From the NCBI GenBank assembly GCA_964356305.1, contig CAYHGS010000001.1, positions 16,130 through 80,129 on the forward strand: a stretch of 64,000 bases of DNA, in the 5' to 3' direction. The stretch comes from an uncultured Candidatus Peribacteria bacterium (lineage in GTDB: Bacteria > Patescibacteriota > Gracilibacteria > UBA1369 > UBA12463). This document shows positions 9,634 to 17,649 of the stretch, in pieces. The notes below the pieces were generated by a model, which ran no database searches, was not told where the DNA came from, and worked only from the letters and a program-made list of their open reading frames with translations. Position 1 is the first letter of the stretch; each line of letters opens with the position of its first letter. A program made the translations under genes and the position numbers.

Positions 9634-10578
9634 ATGGCTTCTTTTAGGTATATTCATTTCTTAATACTTCATCCTTTACCTATAAGAGCCTCTGTTATTG
9701 AGATTAATTATCCACACGATTCTCAGACTCCCCAGTGTCTGATTACTGTTCCCCATGCGAGTCATGGCGGAGATTTTTTTGACAATTTTCCTCAAATTTT
9801 TCAGGCATTTTCGGCGAGAAAGGAGCTCTTGGAGCGTTTTTTACGTCTTGAATGTGATGTGGGAAGCCAAAATCTCGCCCATACGGTTGGACAATACCTT
9901 GACCTCGACCACAAGATTTCCACTCGAGTGCTTTTTTATCATCACATACATCGCGGTATCGTCGATCCCAACCGGCTACCTGAACATGCCGTACGTCCGG
10001 TAATGAATTACGACCTGTATCCAGGCCTTCGCTCGACTCTCGAAGTTGAACACCTAGAGATGATTCGACAAGTTCGCGAATGTTTAGCTCGTATTCCTAA
10101 TCTTTCCCGGATAGTCGCCCTCGATATGCACACGATGGCACCCTATACTCCTGCTGTTGACGCCAGCTCCACTACCGAAGCCGCTACCCTCAATCCTGAT
10201 AATATGGAGGCCTATATTCGAGCATTCACGGATCCACAGTTTCGAGGTGCGCGTCGACCTATCGATATTTTGACCGCTGTTCCTGGAGTCGCACCTGTTG
10301 GTGATCCGACACTTATCCGTAAGCTACAAGAGTCTCTCTCATCTGGTGGTTTTGCTTCCGATGTTAATAATCCCTACCCACTCTCTCCTGTCCTCATGTC
10401 TACCGAGATTGTCCGCCAAACGCGTGGTGTCGCCCTAGATGTTCCAAAACCGTTACTTACGCAAACAACCTCCAACGGAGAGGCCGACCTCACTAATCTT
10501 GAAATTGATATCACAAAGGTTGGCGTCCTTGGACGGCTGATTGCCGCGGCAATTGCCGAGACGATTCAAGAGAGGTAG
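9634..10578 (+). CDS. hypothetical protein, possibly N-formylglutamate amidohydrolase-like
   Basis: VPHASHGG..., HRGIVDPNR and ALDMHTM resemble the three conserved FGase-family segments (pHxG / D.NR / HS-M). The assignment is tentative. Confidence 0.4.
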   Translation: MASFRYIHFLILHPLPIRASVIEINYPHDSQTPQCLITVPHASHGGDFFDNFPQIFQAFSARKELLERFLRLECDVGSQNLAHTVGQYLDLDHKISTRVLFYHHIHRGIVDPNRLPEHAVRPVMNYDLYPGLRSTLEVEHLEMIRQVRECLARIPNLSRIVALDMHTMAPYTPAVDASSTTEAATLNPDNMEAYIRAFTDPQFRGARRPIDILTAVPGVAPVGDPTLIRKLQESLSSGGFASDVNNPYPLSPVLMSTEIVRQTRGVALDVPKPLLTQTTSNGEADLTNLEIDITKVGVLGRLIAAAIAETIQER

Positions 10579-11015
10579 TGGTGGCTAAAATAATTGCTAT
10601 GCCATCTTTTTCCAATCCGGTTAATTTCTCCCTTGCCTGCAATCGTTCCCACTGGCTAATTCGCTCCTCAATAAGCTCCTGTTTCCTCGACTGCGCCGCA
10701 AAATATTTCATAGTAAATGCAGTTTCTTCTTTTCAATCGATTTGTTGACGTCAGCAAAATGATCCATTGGCTTATGCACGCTATTTTTGCATGCCAACAT
10801 GGCTTTTTCCATCACCATTTTAAAATTTCTCAATTTCTTATATCTCAAAAGTCCCTACAATTCTCTCGCCAGCTAATACTCCATCCCGTTTTCATAGATT
10901 CAAGGCTTAAGGATTATTTTAGCTTCAGTATTGGTGCGTACTTACTCGCTGTTAATGAAATACTACGATTCAATAATCTTTACATTAATAAGCCTTAAAT
11001 GTACCTTTTTGATAC

Positions 11016-11486
11016 ATGAAAAGAGGCTCAACCATATTTCTTCAGGTAGTCATTGTCCTCATTGGCATCAGTGCTCTTGCCTTTATGCTTTGGGAACCCA
11101 GTATTGAGGGAAGAAATGCGCATGCCACACTCTATCAGATTTACTTCAATGATCCATTCTTGGCGTATGCGTATATCACGTCCACTGCGTTTTTCGTGGG
11201 ATTATATCAAGCGTTCAAGCTGTTGGGGTACATAGGGCGAAATGAAGTATTTTCGGAACATTCCGTGAGAGCTTTGCGGACTATAAAATTCTGTGCGATA
11301 ACTCTTATTAGTTTCATTGTGGCGCCAGTAGCCTACTTATTTATCGTTCGACCAGGTGATGACATTGCGGGCGGTGTTGCTATGGGTCTTATAATGATTT
11401 TTATCTCTATCATAGTCGCCACTGTGGCGGCTGTTCTTGAGAGACGCTTGCAACATGCCGTCAATAAAAAGTCCGTGAGCAACTAA
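11016..11486 (+). CDS. small multi-pass membrane protein, DUF2975-like
   Basis: N terminus MKRGSTIFLQVVIVLIGISALAFMLW and 4 predicted TM helices in 156 aa, as I recall for DUF2975. Confidence 0.5.
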   Translation: MKRGSTIFLQVVIVLIGISALAFMLWEPSIEGRNAHATLYQIYFNDPFLAYAYITSTAFFVGLYQAFKLLGYIGRNEVFSEHSVRALRTIKFCAITLISFIVAPVAYLFIVRPGDDIAGGVAMGLIMIFISIIVATVAAVLERRLQHAVNKKSVSN

Positions 11487-11549
11487 AGCGTTTTAGTGCC
11501 GCGGCAATAATTATTACCATCGACGTCATGTTGGCGACGCGGAAGGTGA

Positions 11550-11625
11550 TGGTGGGCCCGCCTGGACTTGAACCAGGGACCAATCCGTTATGAGCGGACT
11601 GCTCTAACCACTGAGCTACGGGCCC
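11550..11625 (-). tRNA. tRNA-Met (anticodon CAT; elongator-type, could also be tRNA-Ile2)
   Basis: The reverse complement folds as a 76-nt cloverleaf: GGGCCCG-TA-GCTC-AGTGGTTA-GAGC-A-GTCCG-CTCATAA-CGGAT-TGGTC-CCTGG-TTCAAGT-CCAGG-CGGGCCC-A-CCA. G1-C72 pairs and there is no GGG/CCC in the anticodon stem, so it is not an initiator. Confidence 0.9.
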
Positions 11626-11748
11626 GTGAGATGTGTTGTTGAGATCGATAGGCGCGGATATATTACCAGTTTGATGATAATGTTCAACTGGTTCGGGTGG
11701 AATGGATGCGGACTTGACATAATTTTCCGACCCGGGTCGGAGTAAATC

Positions 11749-11783
11749 GCTTATTAAGCTTATCAATAAGCCGTTTTATTTTT
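11749..11783 (+). terminator. intrinsic-terminator-like hairpin
   Basis: GCTTATT (11749-55), a 9-nt loop, AATAAGC (11765-71), then CGTTTTATTTTT. It also insulates the thyX-like promoter. Which transcript it ends is unclear. Confidence 0.3.
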
Positions 11784-11843
11784 CGTTCTTGCGGGTTGCT
11801 CGTCACTTGCCTTGGAAGAGTTTCGTGGATAGAATGCGAGCGC

Positions 11844-13526
11844 ATGGAAAAGAATACCAATGAGAAGTTTTCGGGAAAGCATGTTGCGGTGGTTAGCCCT
11901 GCGGCGAAGGTTGAGTTGTTGGCGTATACCGGCCATCCTTTCGATATCGCTATGGCGACGGCGAGGACGTGCTATTCGTCTGATTTAATTTACGTAAAAG
12001 ATATTACTCCGGGACAGCGAGACCGTATTGGTAAGAGTATTTATGAGGCGGGGCATCATACCCCTTTTCAGCATCCGACCTTTGTTTTTGGATTACAAAA
12101 TATTTCGAGACATGTGGTGTGGAGTTTCTTCCATGCGCATCCTTTTTATAATTCCGAGCAGCAGTCACAGCGGTATGTGGTGATGGATGATGCGGCGGTG
12201 TATGTACCACCTCTCGAGGGTGAGGCGTTGAAGCTCTATGAAGATGCGGTTATGAAAAGTTGGGAGGCTTATAACAAAATTTCACAATTATTGATTGGAG
12301 ATAATTACGGGCTAATGGAGAAGATTGGCAAGCTCAAGGGTCAAAACGAGAAGCAGATCATTACGGATAGTGAGAAAAAGGCGATTGAAAATGCTCGATA
12401 TGTGTTACCGTTGGGTGCGCATACGACGATGTATCACACGATTTCCGGTATTGTACTGAAGAGATATGTTCGCATGGCTGCGACGAGCGACTGCCCTACT
12501 GAGGCGAAATTGATTGTCGATATGATGGTTGATGAGGTGAGAAAAATCGATCCGGATTTCATTGAACGAATCGGAGATGAGGCTTTTCTTGAGAAAGATT
12601 TAGTTGAACAAAAATTGTATACAGAATTGGTTGGACGTGGCTTAACGCAGGATAAAATGTATGAGGCAAATGAACAGTTCCGTGAAAGTTTTGATACAGA
12701 ATTGGGAGACAGGTGGTCGAAGTTGGTCATGTTTGATCCGCGGGCGGAGGAGGTGGTTGCCGATAGTGTTCGTGAGGTGATGGGTGTGGGAGCGAGCGTG
12801 CTTGGTGATAGCGAGGCGATCGACTGGGTTGTGAATCCGGCGAAGAATTCATACATGAATGATGCGTTGAATTCGTGGAATATGTCCCCTCTTATGCGGA
12901 CGTTGAATCATGCGCAGTACACATTTAAGAAAAGAATGACCCATACGGGAGATAGTCAGGAGCAGAGACATCGCATGACACCGGGGTCGAAGCCCTTGTT
13001 ACGATTAACGCATACATTGAAACCGGATTATATGACGCCGCCGGTGTTTGAGAAAAACGAAGAGGCTATGAAGGTGTATACTGACGTGATGAACGAGATG
13101 TGGAGCGCGAAAAATGCATTGATTGCATTAGGCGTGCCGGCGGAGTTTGCCTGTTACATTTTGCCGAATGCGGTGATGCTTCGATACACGCAAAGTGGCT
13201 CGCTGCTGCATTTTATGCACAAGTGGAGACTACGAAGTTGTTTCTTGGCGCAGTTGGAAATTTATAACTGCTCGGTGGATGAGTTGATGCAGGTGAAGGA
13301 AGTACATCCTCTCTTGGGAAAATATTTAGGACCGCCATGTTTCACTCGGTATCAAGGAGGGGTTGGTCATGTGAGTCCGGATCGCATGAAGGTCATTATG
13401 GGCGACAGTGCCAATACGCATAAAAGTTTGGATCTCGCCACTATAGAGGGTCCATGTCCTGAGGGGCCGAGATGGTGCGGAATTAATGTGTGGATGAATT
13501 TTCCGAAGACGAAGAGGCCGTTTTAA
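11844..13526 (+). CDS. tandem (two-domain) ThyX-like flavin-dependent thymidylate synthase homolog with a Cys-rich C-terminal tail
   Basis: First half: GHHTPFQHPTFVFGLQNISRHV...HAHPFYNSEQQSQRYV...ARYVLPLG. Second half: YTFKKRMTHTGDSQEQRHRM...CYILPNA...RLRSCFLAQLEIYN. Both halves follow the ThyX fold pattern. The start is taken at MEKNTNE, with TAGAAT 8 nt upstream. Confidence 0.7.
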   Translation: MEKNTNEKFSGKHVAVVSPAAKVELLAYTGHPFDIAMATARTCYSSDLIYVKDITPGQRDRIGKSIYEAGHHTPFQHPTFVFGLQNISRHVVWSFFHAHPFYNSEQQSQRYVVMDDAAVYVPPLEGEALKLYEDAVMKSWEAYNKISQLLIGDNYGLMEKIGKLKGQNEKQIITDSEKKAIENARYVLPLGAHTTMYHTISGIVLKRYVRMAATSDCPTEAKLIVDMMVDEVRKIDPDFIERIGDEAFLEKDLVEQKLYTELVGRGLTQDKMYEANEQFRESFDTELGDRWSKLVMFDPRAEEVVADSVREVMGVGASVLGDSEAIDWVVNPAKNSYMNDALNSWNMSPLMRTLNHAQYTFKKRMTHTGDSQEQRHRMTPGSKPLLRLTHTLKPDYMTPPVFEKNEEAMKVYTDVMNEMWSAKNALIALGVPAEFACYILPNAVMLRYTQSGSLLHFMHKWRLRSCFLAQLEIYNCSVDELMQVKEVHPLLGKYLGPPCFTRYQGGVGHVSPDRMKVIMGDSANTHKSLDLATIEGPCPEGPRWCGINVWMNFPKTKRPF

Positions 13527-13537
13527 TATTTTTTTTC

Positions 13538-14413
13538 ATGAACAAGGAGCTACAAAAACGAATGGATCGCGCATTGGAGCAGCAATACGTGGCGTGCATG
13601 TTTGATTATGATGGCACACTTGTCGAAAGAGGCTACCATATGCCGTTGCCCCAGTATATTCCGTCAGTGCTACAGGACACTTCGAGAAAGGCGTATATGG
13701 CGATTTGTACGGCACGACCTTTTGAAGGGGCATTTCGCGATGCACATCATATGCTTGGAAAACATTTTGATGACCTGAGGTCGAAGTGGGTATGGATCTG
13801 TGAAAATGGCGGCGCGGGGTATTTGTACGATGAGGTGTCCGATTCGTACAAAGAATTCTATCGAGTTGCATGGCCGGCAAACATTATGAGTAAGGAAAAG
13901 TTTGTGGCGCTTGTGCATACGACATTTGACGATCTAGTCGCGGAGGTTGATGTAAACGAGAGCGTGATTATTTTGCGGCCACAACAGGTTAATGTACCGG
14001 CTGAGGATATCGCTATTGCCTGTGAAAAAATACAAAATATTGGACTGAAGATGCTCAAGGATCATGGATTAGAGGATGAAATTCGATTGGGAAATTCAAG
14101 TCTTGGAGTGATTCTTTATGGAGTTGATAGTGATAAGAATCGGGGCGTTGCGGAGTTTGGAAAATTGCTCGCGTCGAGAGGAGTTCCGTTACGTGATGAC
14201 TTGCGAGAGATTATTTTATTTGGGGATCGGCCTGTTCGTTATGGCAATGATGCGTATTTTTTGAATGGAAAACTTGGAAGGCCGGTGAGCGTGGGAGAAG
14301 ATATTCCGGAGCGTGGAGATTTAATTTCTGTCATTGATGAGCATGGCGAGAGATTAATGGGACCAGGAGCCACGACGTATTTGCTGAGAAAGCTTTCGTT
14401 CAAAACATTGTAA
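13538..14413 (+). CDS. HAD-superfamily hydrolase (IIB/Cof-like phosphatase)
   Basis: Motif I FDYDGTL near the N terminus and motif IV GDRPVRYGNDAYF near the C terminus. Start taken at MNKELQ. Confidence 0.7.
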   Translation: MNKELQKRMDRALEQQYVACMFDYDGTLVERGYHMPLPQYIPSVLQDTSRKAYMAICTARPFEGAFRDAHHMLGKHFDDLRSKWVWICENGGAGYLYDEVSDSYKEFYRVAWPANIMSKEKFVALVHTTFDDLVAEVDVNESVIILRPQQVNVPAEDIAIACEKIQNIGLKMLKDHGLEDEIRLGNSSLGVILYGVDSDKNRGVAEFGKLLASRGVPLRDDLREIILFGDRPVRYGNDAYFLNGKLGRPVSVGEDIPERGDLISVIDEHGERLMGPGATTYLLRKLSFKTL

Positions 14414-14474
14414 TATTTTTTTATAGATTTGTATATTGTGCACATGTGGCATGTTGATTTATAATGGGAGAAGT

Positions 14475-14939
14475 ATGCAACCCTCACTTACTATCATTTC
14501 GTCACAAAAGTTTTTTTCACTGGAAAGAGCGAAGAGTTCTTTAGTTTTGGTGAGACCTATCGTGAAAGAACTCCTGGAGCGCCATAGGGAGTTGATTATC
14601 CTTCAGAATGACATTGCGAGAATGGAAGGAAAAATAGAAGAAGATGGATCTCTCGAGGTGATTATTGATTCAAATTACGAGGCTATGAATATGGTTCTCG
14701 ATCGCATCGCACACAACATCGAGGAGCTCCATACGATTGGCTGCATTTTCAAAGATTTTCAAGTCGGAATTGTCGACTTCCCTACTCATTTTGAATCGAG
14801 GGATGTATATTTGTGCTGGCAGTTTGGCGAGAATACGATTGGCCATTGGCACGAGATGGAGGGAGGATTCAAAGGAAGAAACCTCATTACTGATTCATTC
14901 CAATTGAACTCAAGCGGTGCCGGAACTATCCTTGCATAA
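14475..14939 (+). CDS. DUF2203-like protein
   Basis: FSLERAKSSLVLVRPIVKEL...GCIFKDFQVGIVDFP...VYLCWQFGENTIGHWHEMEGGFKGR matches my recollection of the DUF2203 family. Start taken at MQPSL. Confidence 0.65.
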   Translation: MQPSLTIISSQKFFSLERAKSSLVLVRPIVKELLERHRELIILQNDIARMEGKIEEDGSLEVIIDSNYEAMNMVLDRIAHNIEELHTIGCIFKDFQVGIVDFPTHFESRDVYLCWQFGENTIGHWHEMEGGFKGRNLITDSFQLNSSGAGTILA

Positions 14940-14967
14940 TTGCCGCCTATTCCTTCATCTACATCAA

Positions 14968-15876
14968 ATGGAAACGAGTGATATGCTCATTATTGGAGGC
15001 GGTTGCGCCGGTCTTTCTTCTGGAATGTATGCGGCCAGATTGGGCTTGAAGACGACACTTTTCGCGGAATTACCGGGGGGACTTATTACCACGACTCACG
15101 TGGTGGAGAACTGGCCGGGCATTATTTCTATTTCGGGACCTGATCTGGGAATGAATTTATGGGAACATGCGAAAGCGAGTGGTGTAAGTATCAAAAGTGA
15201 GGTGATTCAAAGTGTAGAAAAACAAGGAGATATATTTGTGGCAAAGAGTAGGAGAAATGAGTATAGCGCGAAAACGGTAGTTTTCGCGACAGGTAGTAAA
15301 CACAAACACCTTGGCGCCCCGGGCGAAGAAGAATTTGCTAACCGTGGTGTATCCTATTGCGCGCTTTGTGACGGTGCTTTTTACAAGGAAAAAATCGTCT
15401 GTATCGTAGGCGGAGGAGATTCCGCCGCGAAAGAGGCATTATTTCTCGCTCAACATGCCTCAAAAGTATATTTGATTGTCCGAAAAGACGTGTTGCGGGC
15501 TGAGCCAGCTAATTTGAAACTTATTGAACAAGAGCCAAAAATCGAGATTCTCTTCAAAGAAGAGGTCGCGGAAATTATGGGTAGCCAAAATGTTGAAAAA
15601 ATTAGACTGAAGTCAGGAAAAGAATTGGAAATGCACGGTGTATTTGTGGCTATCGGGCAGATTCCTTTGACGGATTTAGCCGTTCCGCTTGGCGTGGAAT
15701 TAAATACAAAAGGCGAAATAAAAATTAATCGCCATAGTGAAACGAATGTAGGGGGCGTATATGCGTGCGGCGATTGCACTGATACCGAATTTAAACAGGC
15801 TATCACCGGTTCGGCCGAAGGTGTTACCGCGGCGTATTTTGGATTCTCTTTCGTAAAAGGAGGAGGCGGTTTTTAG
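14968..15876 (+). CDS. trxB: thioredoxin-disulfide reductase
   Basis: DMLIIGGGCAGLS FAD motif, redox-active CALCDG, second dinucleotide motif IVGGGDSAAKEA, and C-terminal GDC.D. Confidence 0.9.
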   Translation: METSDMLIIGGGCAGLSSGMYAARLGLKTTLFAELPGGLITTTHVVENWPGIISISGPDLGMNLWEHAKASGVSIKSEVIQSVEKQGDIFVAKSRRNEYSAKTVVFATGSKHKHLGAPGEEEFANRGVSYCALCDGAFYKEKIVCIVGGGDSAAKEALFLAQHASKVYLIVRKDVLRAEPANLKLIEQEPKIEILFKEEVAEIMGSQNVEKIRLKSGKELEMHGVFVAIGQIPLTDLAVPLGVELNTKGEIKINRHSETNVGGVYACGDCTDTEFKQAITGSAEGVTAAYFGFSFVKGGGGF

Positions 15877-15896
15877 TCGCCACCTCCTTCTTTGTT
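15859..15896. terminator. hairpin at the convergent trxB / SLH-gene junction
   Basis: GGAGGAGGCG (15859-68) pairs with CGCCACCTCC (15878-87), 10 bp with one mismatch, followed by TTCTTTGTTG. It overlaps the last trxB codons. Confidence 0.4.
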
Positions 15897-15918
15897 GTAT
15901 ATATTAGACCTCTGCTTT

Positions 15919-16881
15919 CTACTTCTTTTTTTTCGGTGTGGCTTCCGGCGATACCGGTTTTGACGCCTCGCCTGACATTACAATACCCTCCTGCTGATAC
16001 AGCTGAGGAATAAGGCTTGGATTGTACTTCTCCACTTTGATTGTATCGACTAACATACCGCTAAAGATAATTAAAATTACATCTTTTCTCGTAAGAAGCA
16101 TGGCGGGGTCAAGATTGTCATTCTTATAATAATATAAAAGAAATTTCGAGAAAGCTACTTTTAAATACGGAATGTACCATGCCGTTTTCACAATATTCTT
16201 GCTTGTTGGCAGGGACATATCTTTCGTGTTTGTAATATCCCACTGCTGAGCAGTTACGATAATCTTGATAGCTTCGGCGAGACTGATCTGGTTTCCAGGA
16301 AGAATCTTTCCATCAGCAAATCCCCCTACCCAACCCGCGTCCTTTGCGTAACAAATATACTGTGCGAACCATTCTGAGCCCTTTATATCTTTAAAACAAG
16401 GCTTGGCAAAACCGTTTACATCGGCCTTCAGTGCGATAGTAAGCATCTTGATAAATTCGGCACGATTGACCGGATTATTTGGCTTCAATGTATTGTCACC
16501 ATATCCGAGAATTACACCTTTGCTTACTAAAAATTTCAGAGCAGCCATAAAATCATTATTCTTCTTATCCTCCGGGCTAATATCTTTAAAATCCGGCATT
16601 GGTATTGCGTCCATGGCGGATGTCAGCAGTTCTCTCCCCGATGGTTTTACCTTGTACTGATACATCAAAACTCCGATTGTCAGAATAATAACAAACGCAA
16701 AAAGCAAAAAGCTAATCCTCATGGATCTATGCGCTACTGCAGCATTAACGTGTATTGCGGATTTTGCCGAAGACTTTTTTATTGTTTTTTTAACAGTCTT
16801 CGACGGTTTTGCTTTTGCCATAAATTTGTGAGTAAGGGAAATTGTCATTATTGTACGATGGTAGAGATGGAATAGCAACAA
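15919..16881 (-). CDS. SLH-domain surface protein with an N-terminal membrane anchor
   Basis: Two SLH-like repeats (FKDISPEDKKNNDFMAALKFLVSKGVILGYGDNTLKPNNPVNRAEFIKML; FKDIKGSEWFAQYICYAKDAGWVGGFADGKILPGNQISLAEAIKII) follow a TM helix. The true start may be an internal Met (16848 or 16821). Confidence 0.75.
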   Translation of the reverse strand: MLLFHLYHRTIMTISLTHKFMAKAKPSKTVKKTIKKSSAKSAIHVNAAVAHRSMRISFLLFAFVIILTIGVLMYQYKVKPSGRELLTSAMDAIPMPDFKDISPEDKKNNDFMAALKFLVSKGVILGYGDNTLKPNNPVNRAEFIKMLTIALKADVNGFAKPCFKDIKGSEWFAQYICYAKDAGWVGGFADGKILPGNQISLAEAIKIIVTAQQWDITNTKDMSLPTSKNIVKTAWYIPYLKVAFSKFLLYYYKNDNLDPAMLLTRKDVILIIFSGMLVDTIKVEKYNPSLIPQLYQQEGIVMSGEASKPVSPEATPKKKK

Positions 16882-16929
16882 ACGAATTTGTTGGGTATAC
16901 TTGCGTCAGTATTATTTTATAGGACTTTT

Positions 16930-17616
16930 ATGGCGAAGATTCGTGCACTCATCTTTGATCTCGATGGAACTATCACACTAACGCAACGGTTTCATTATCA
17001 GGCTTTTTCGCAGGTGTTCGCGAAATATGGCATTACCTATACGGAAGATGATGATCTCTACAAATATGCCGGCATGGGTTCAGGCGTTATCTTCCCAACC
17101 GTATTTGCCGATCATGGCCTTACGCTCACCCCTGAACAGATTAAGAAATATTCTGATGAAAAAAAGGAGATTTATGATCGTATTATTCATTCTGAAACAA
17201 TCGTGCCTGTTACCGGGATTGAGGACTTTCTGAGACGAATGCAGGATCGTGGATATCGCATGTGTGTCGCCTCGGGAAACAAATTAGAGTCTATCGAGTA
17301 TCTCCTTGATGCGATTCATGTCCGTACGTTTTTTGAGTTTATCGTGACGAATAAGGATGTAGACAAGCCAAAACCTGCTCCTGACATTTTTATAGTAGCG
17401 GCAGAAAAGTTTGGATATAGGCCTGGTGAGTGTGTCGTTTTCGAAGATGCCGTAAATGGAATTACCGCCGCAGAATCGGCTGGCATGACAAGCGTCGGCG
17501 TCGCTACTCGCATTCCGGAAATGGATCTGCGAAACGCCGGTGCGGATATCGTTGTAAAAGATTACAACGAATTAAGCGATGTAATGATTGATGAAACTCT
17601 TGCAGGTGGTATATAG
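16930..17616 (+). CDS. HAD-IA hydrolase, beta-phosphoglucomutase-like
   Basis: LIFDLDGTIT motif I, SGN motif II, K...KPAPDIF motif III, FEDAVNGI motif IV. Start taken at MAKIRA. Confidence 0.75.
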   Translation: MAKIRALIFDLDGTITLTQRFHYQAFSQVFAKYGITYTEDDDLYKYAGMGSGVIFPTVFADHGLTLTPEQIKKYSDEKKEIYDRIIHSETIVPVTGIEDFLRRMQDRGYRMCVASGNKLESIEYLLDAIHVRTFFEFIVTNKDVDKPKPAPDIFIVAAEKFGYRPGECVVFEDAVNGITAAESAGMTSVGVATRIPEMDLRNAGADIVVKDYNELSDVMIDETLAGGI

Positions 17617-17649
17617 TATCTCCGTAAATACTCTCAAACACCCTCACTC

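Noticed and set aside
10717-10998. 93-aa plus-strand ORF in the 10579-11015 spacer
   Set aside because: The translation (MQFLLFNRFVDVSKMIHWLMHAIFACQHGFFHHHF...) has non-protein-like composition and reflects an AT-rich ORF. I see no promoter or start context.
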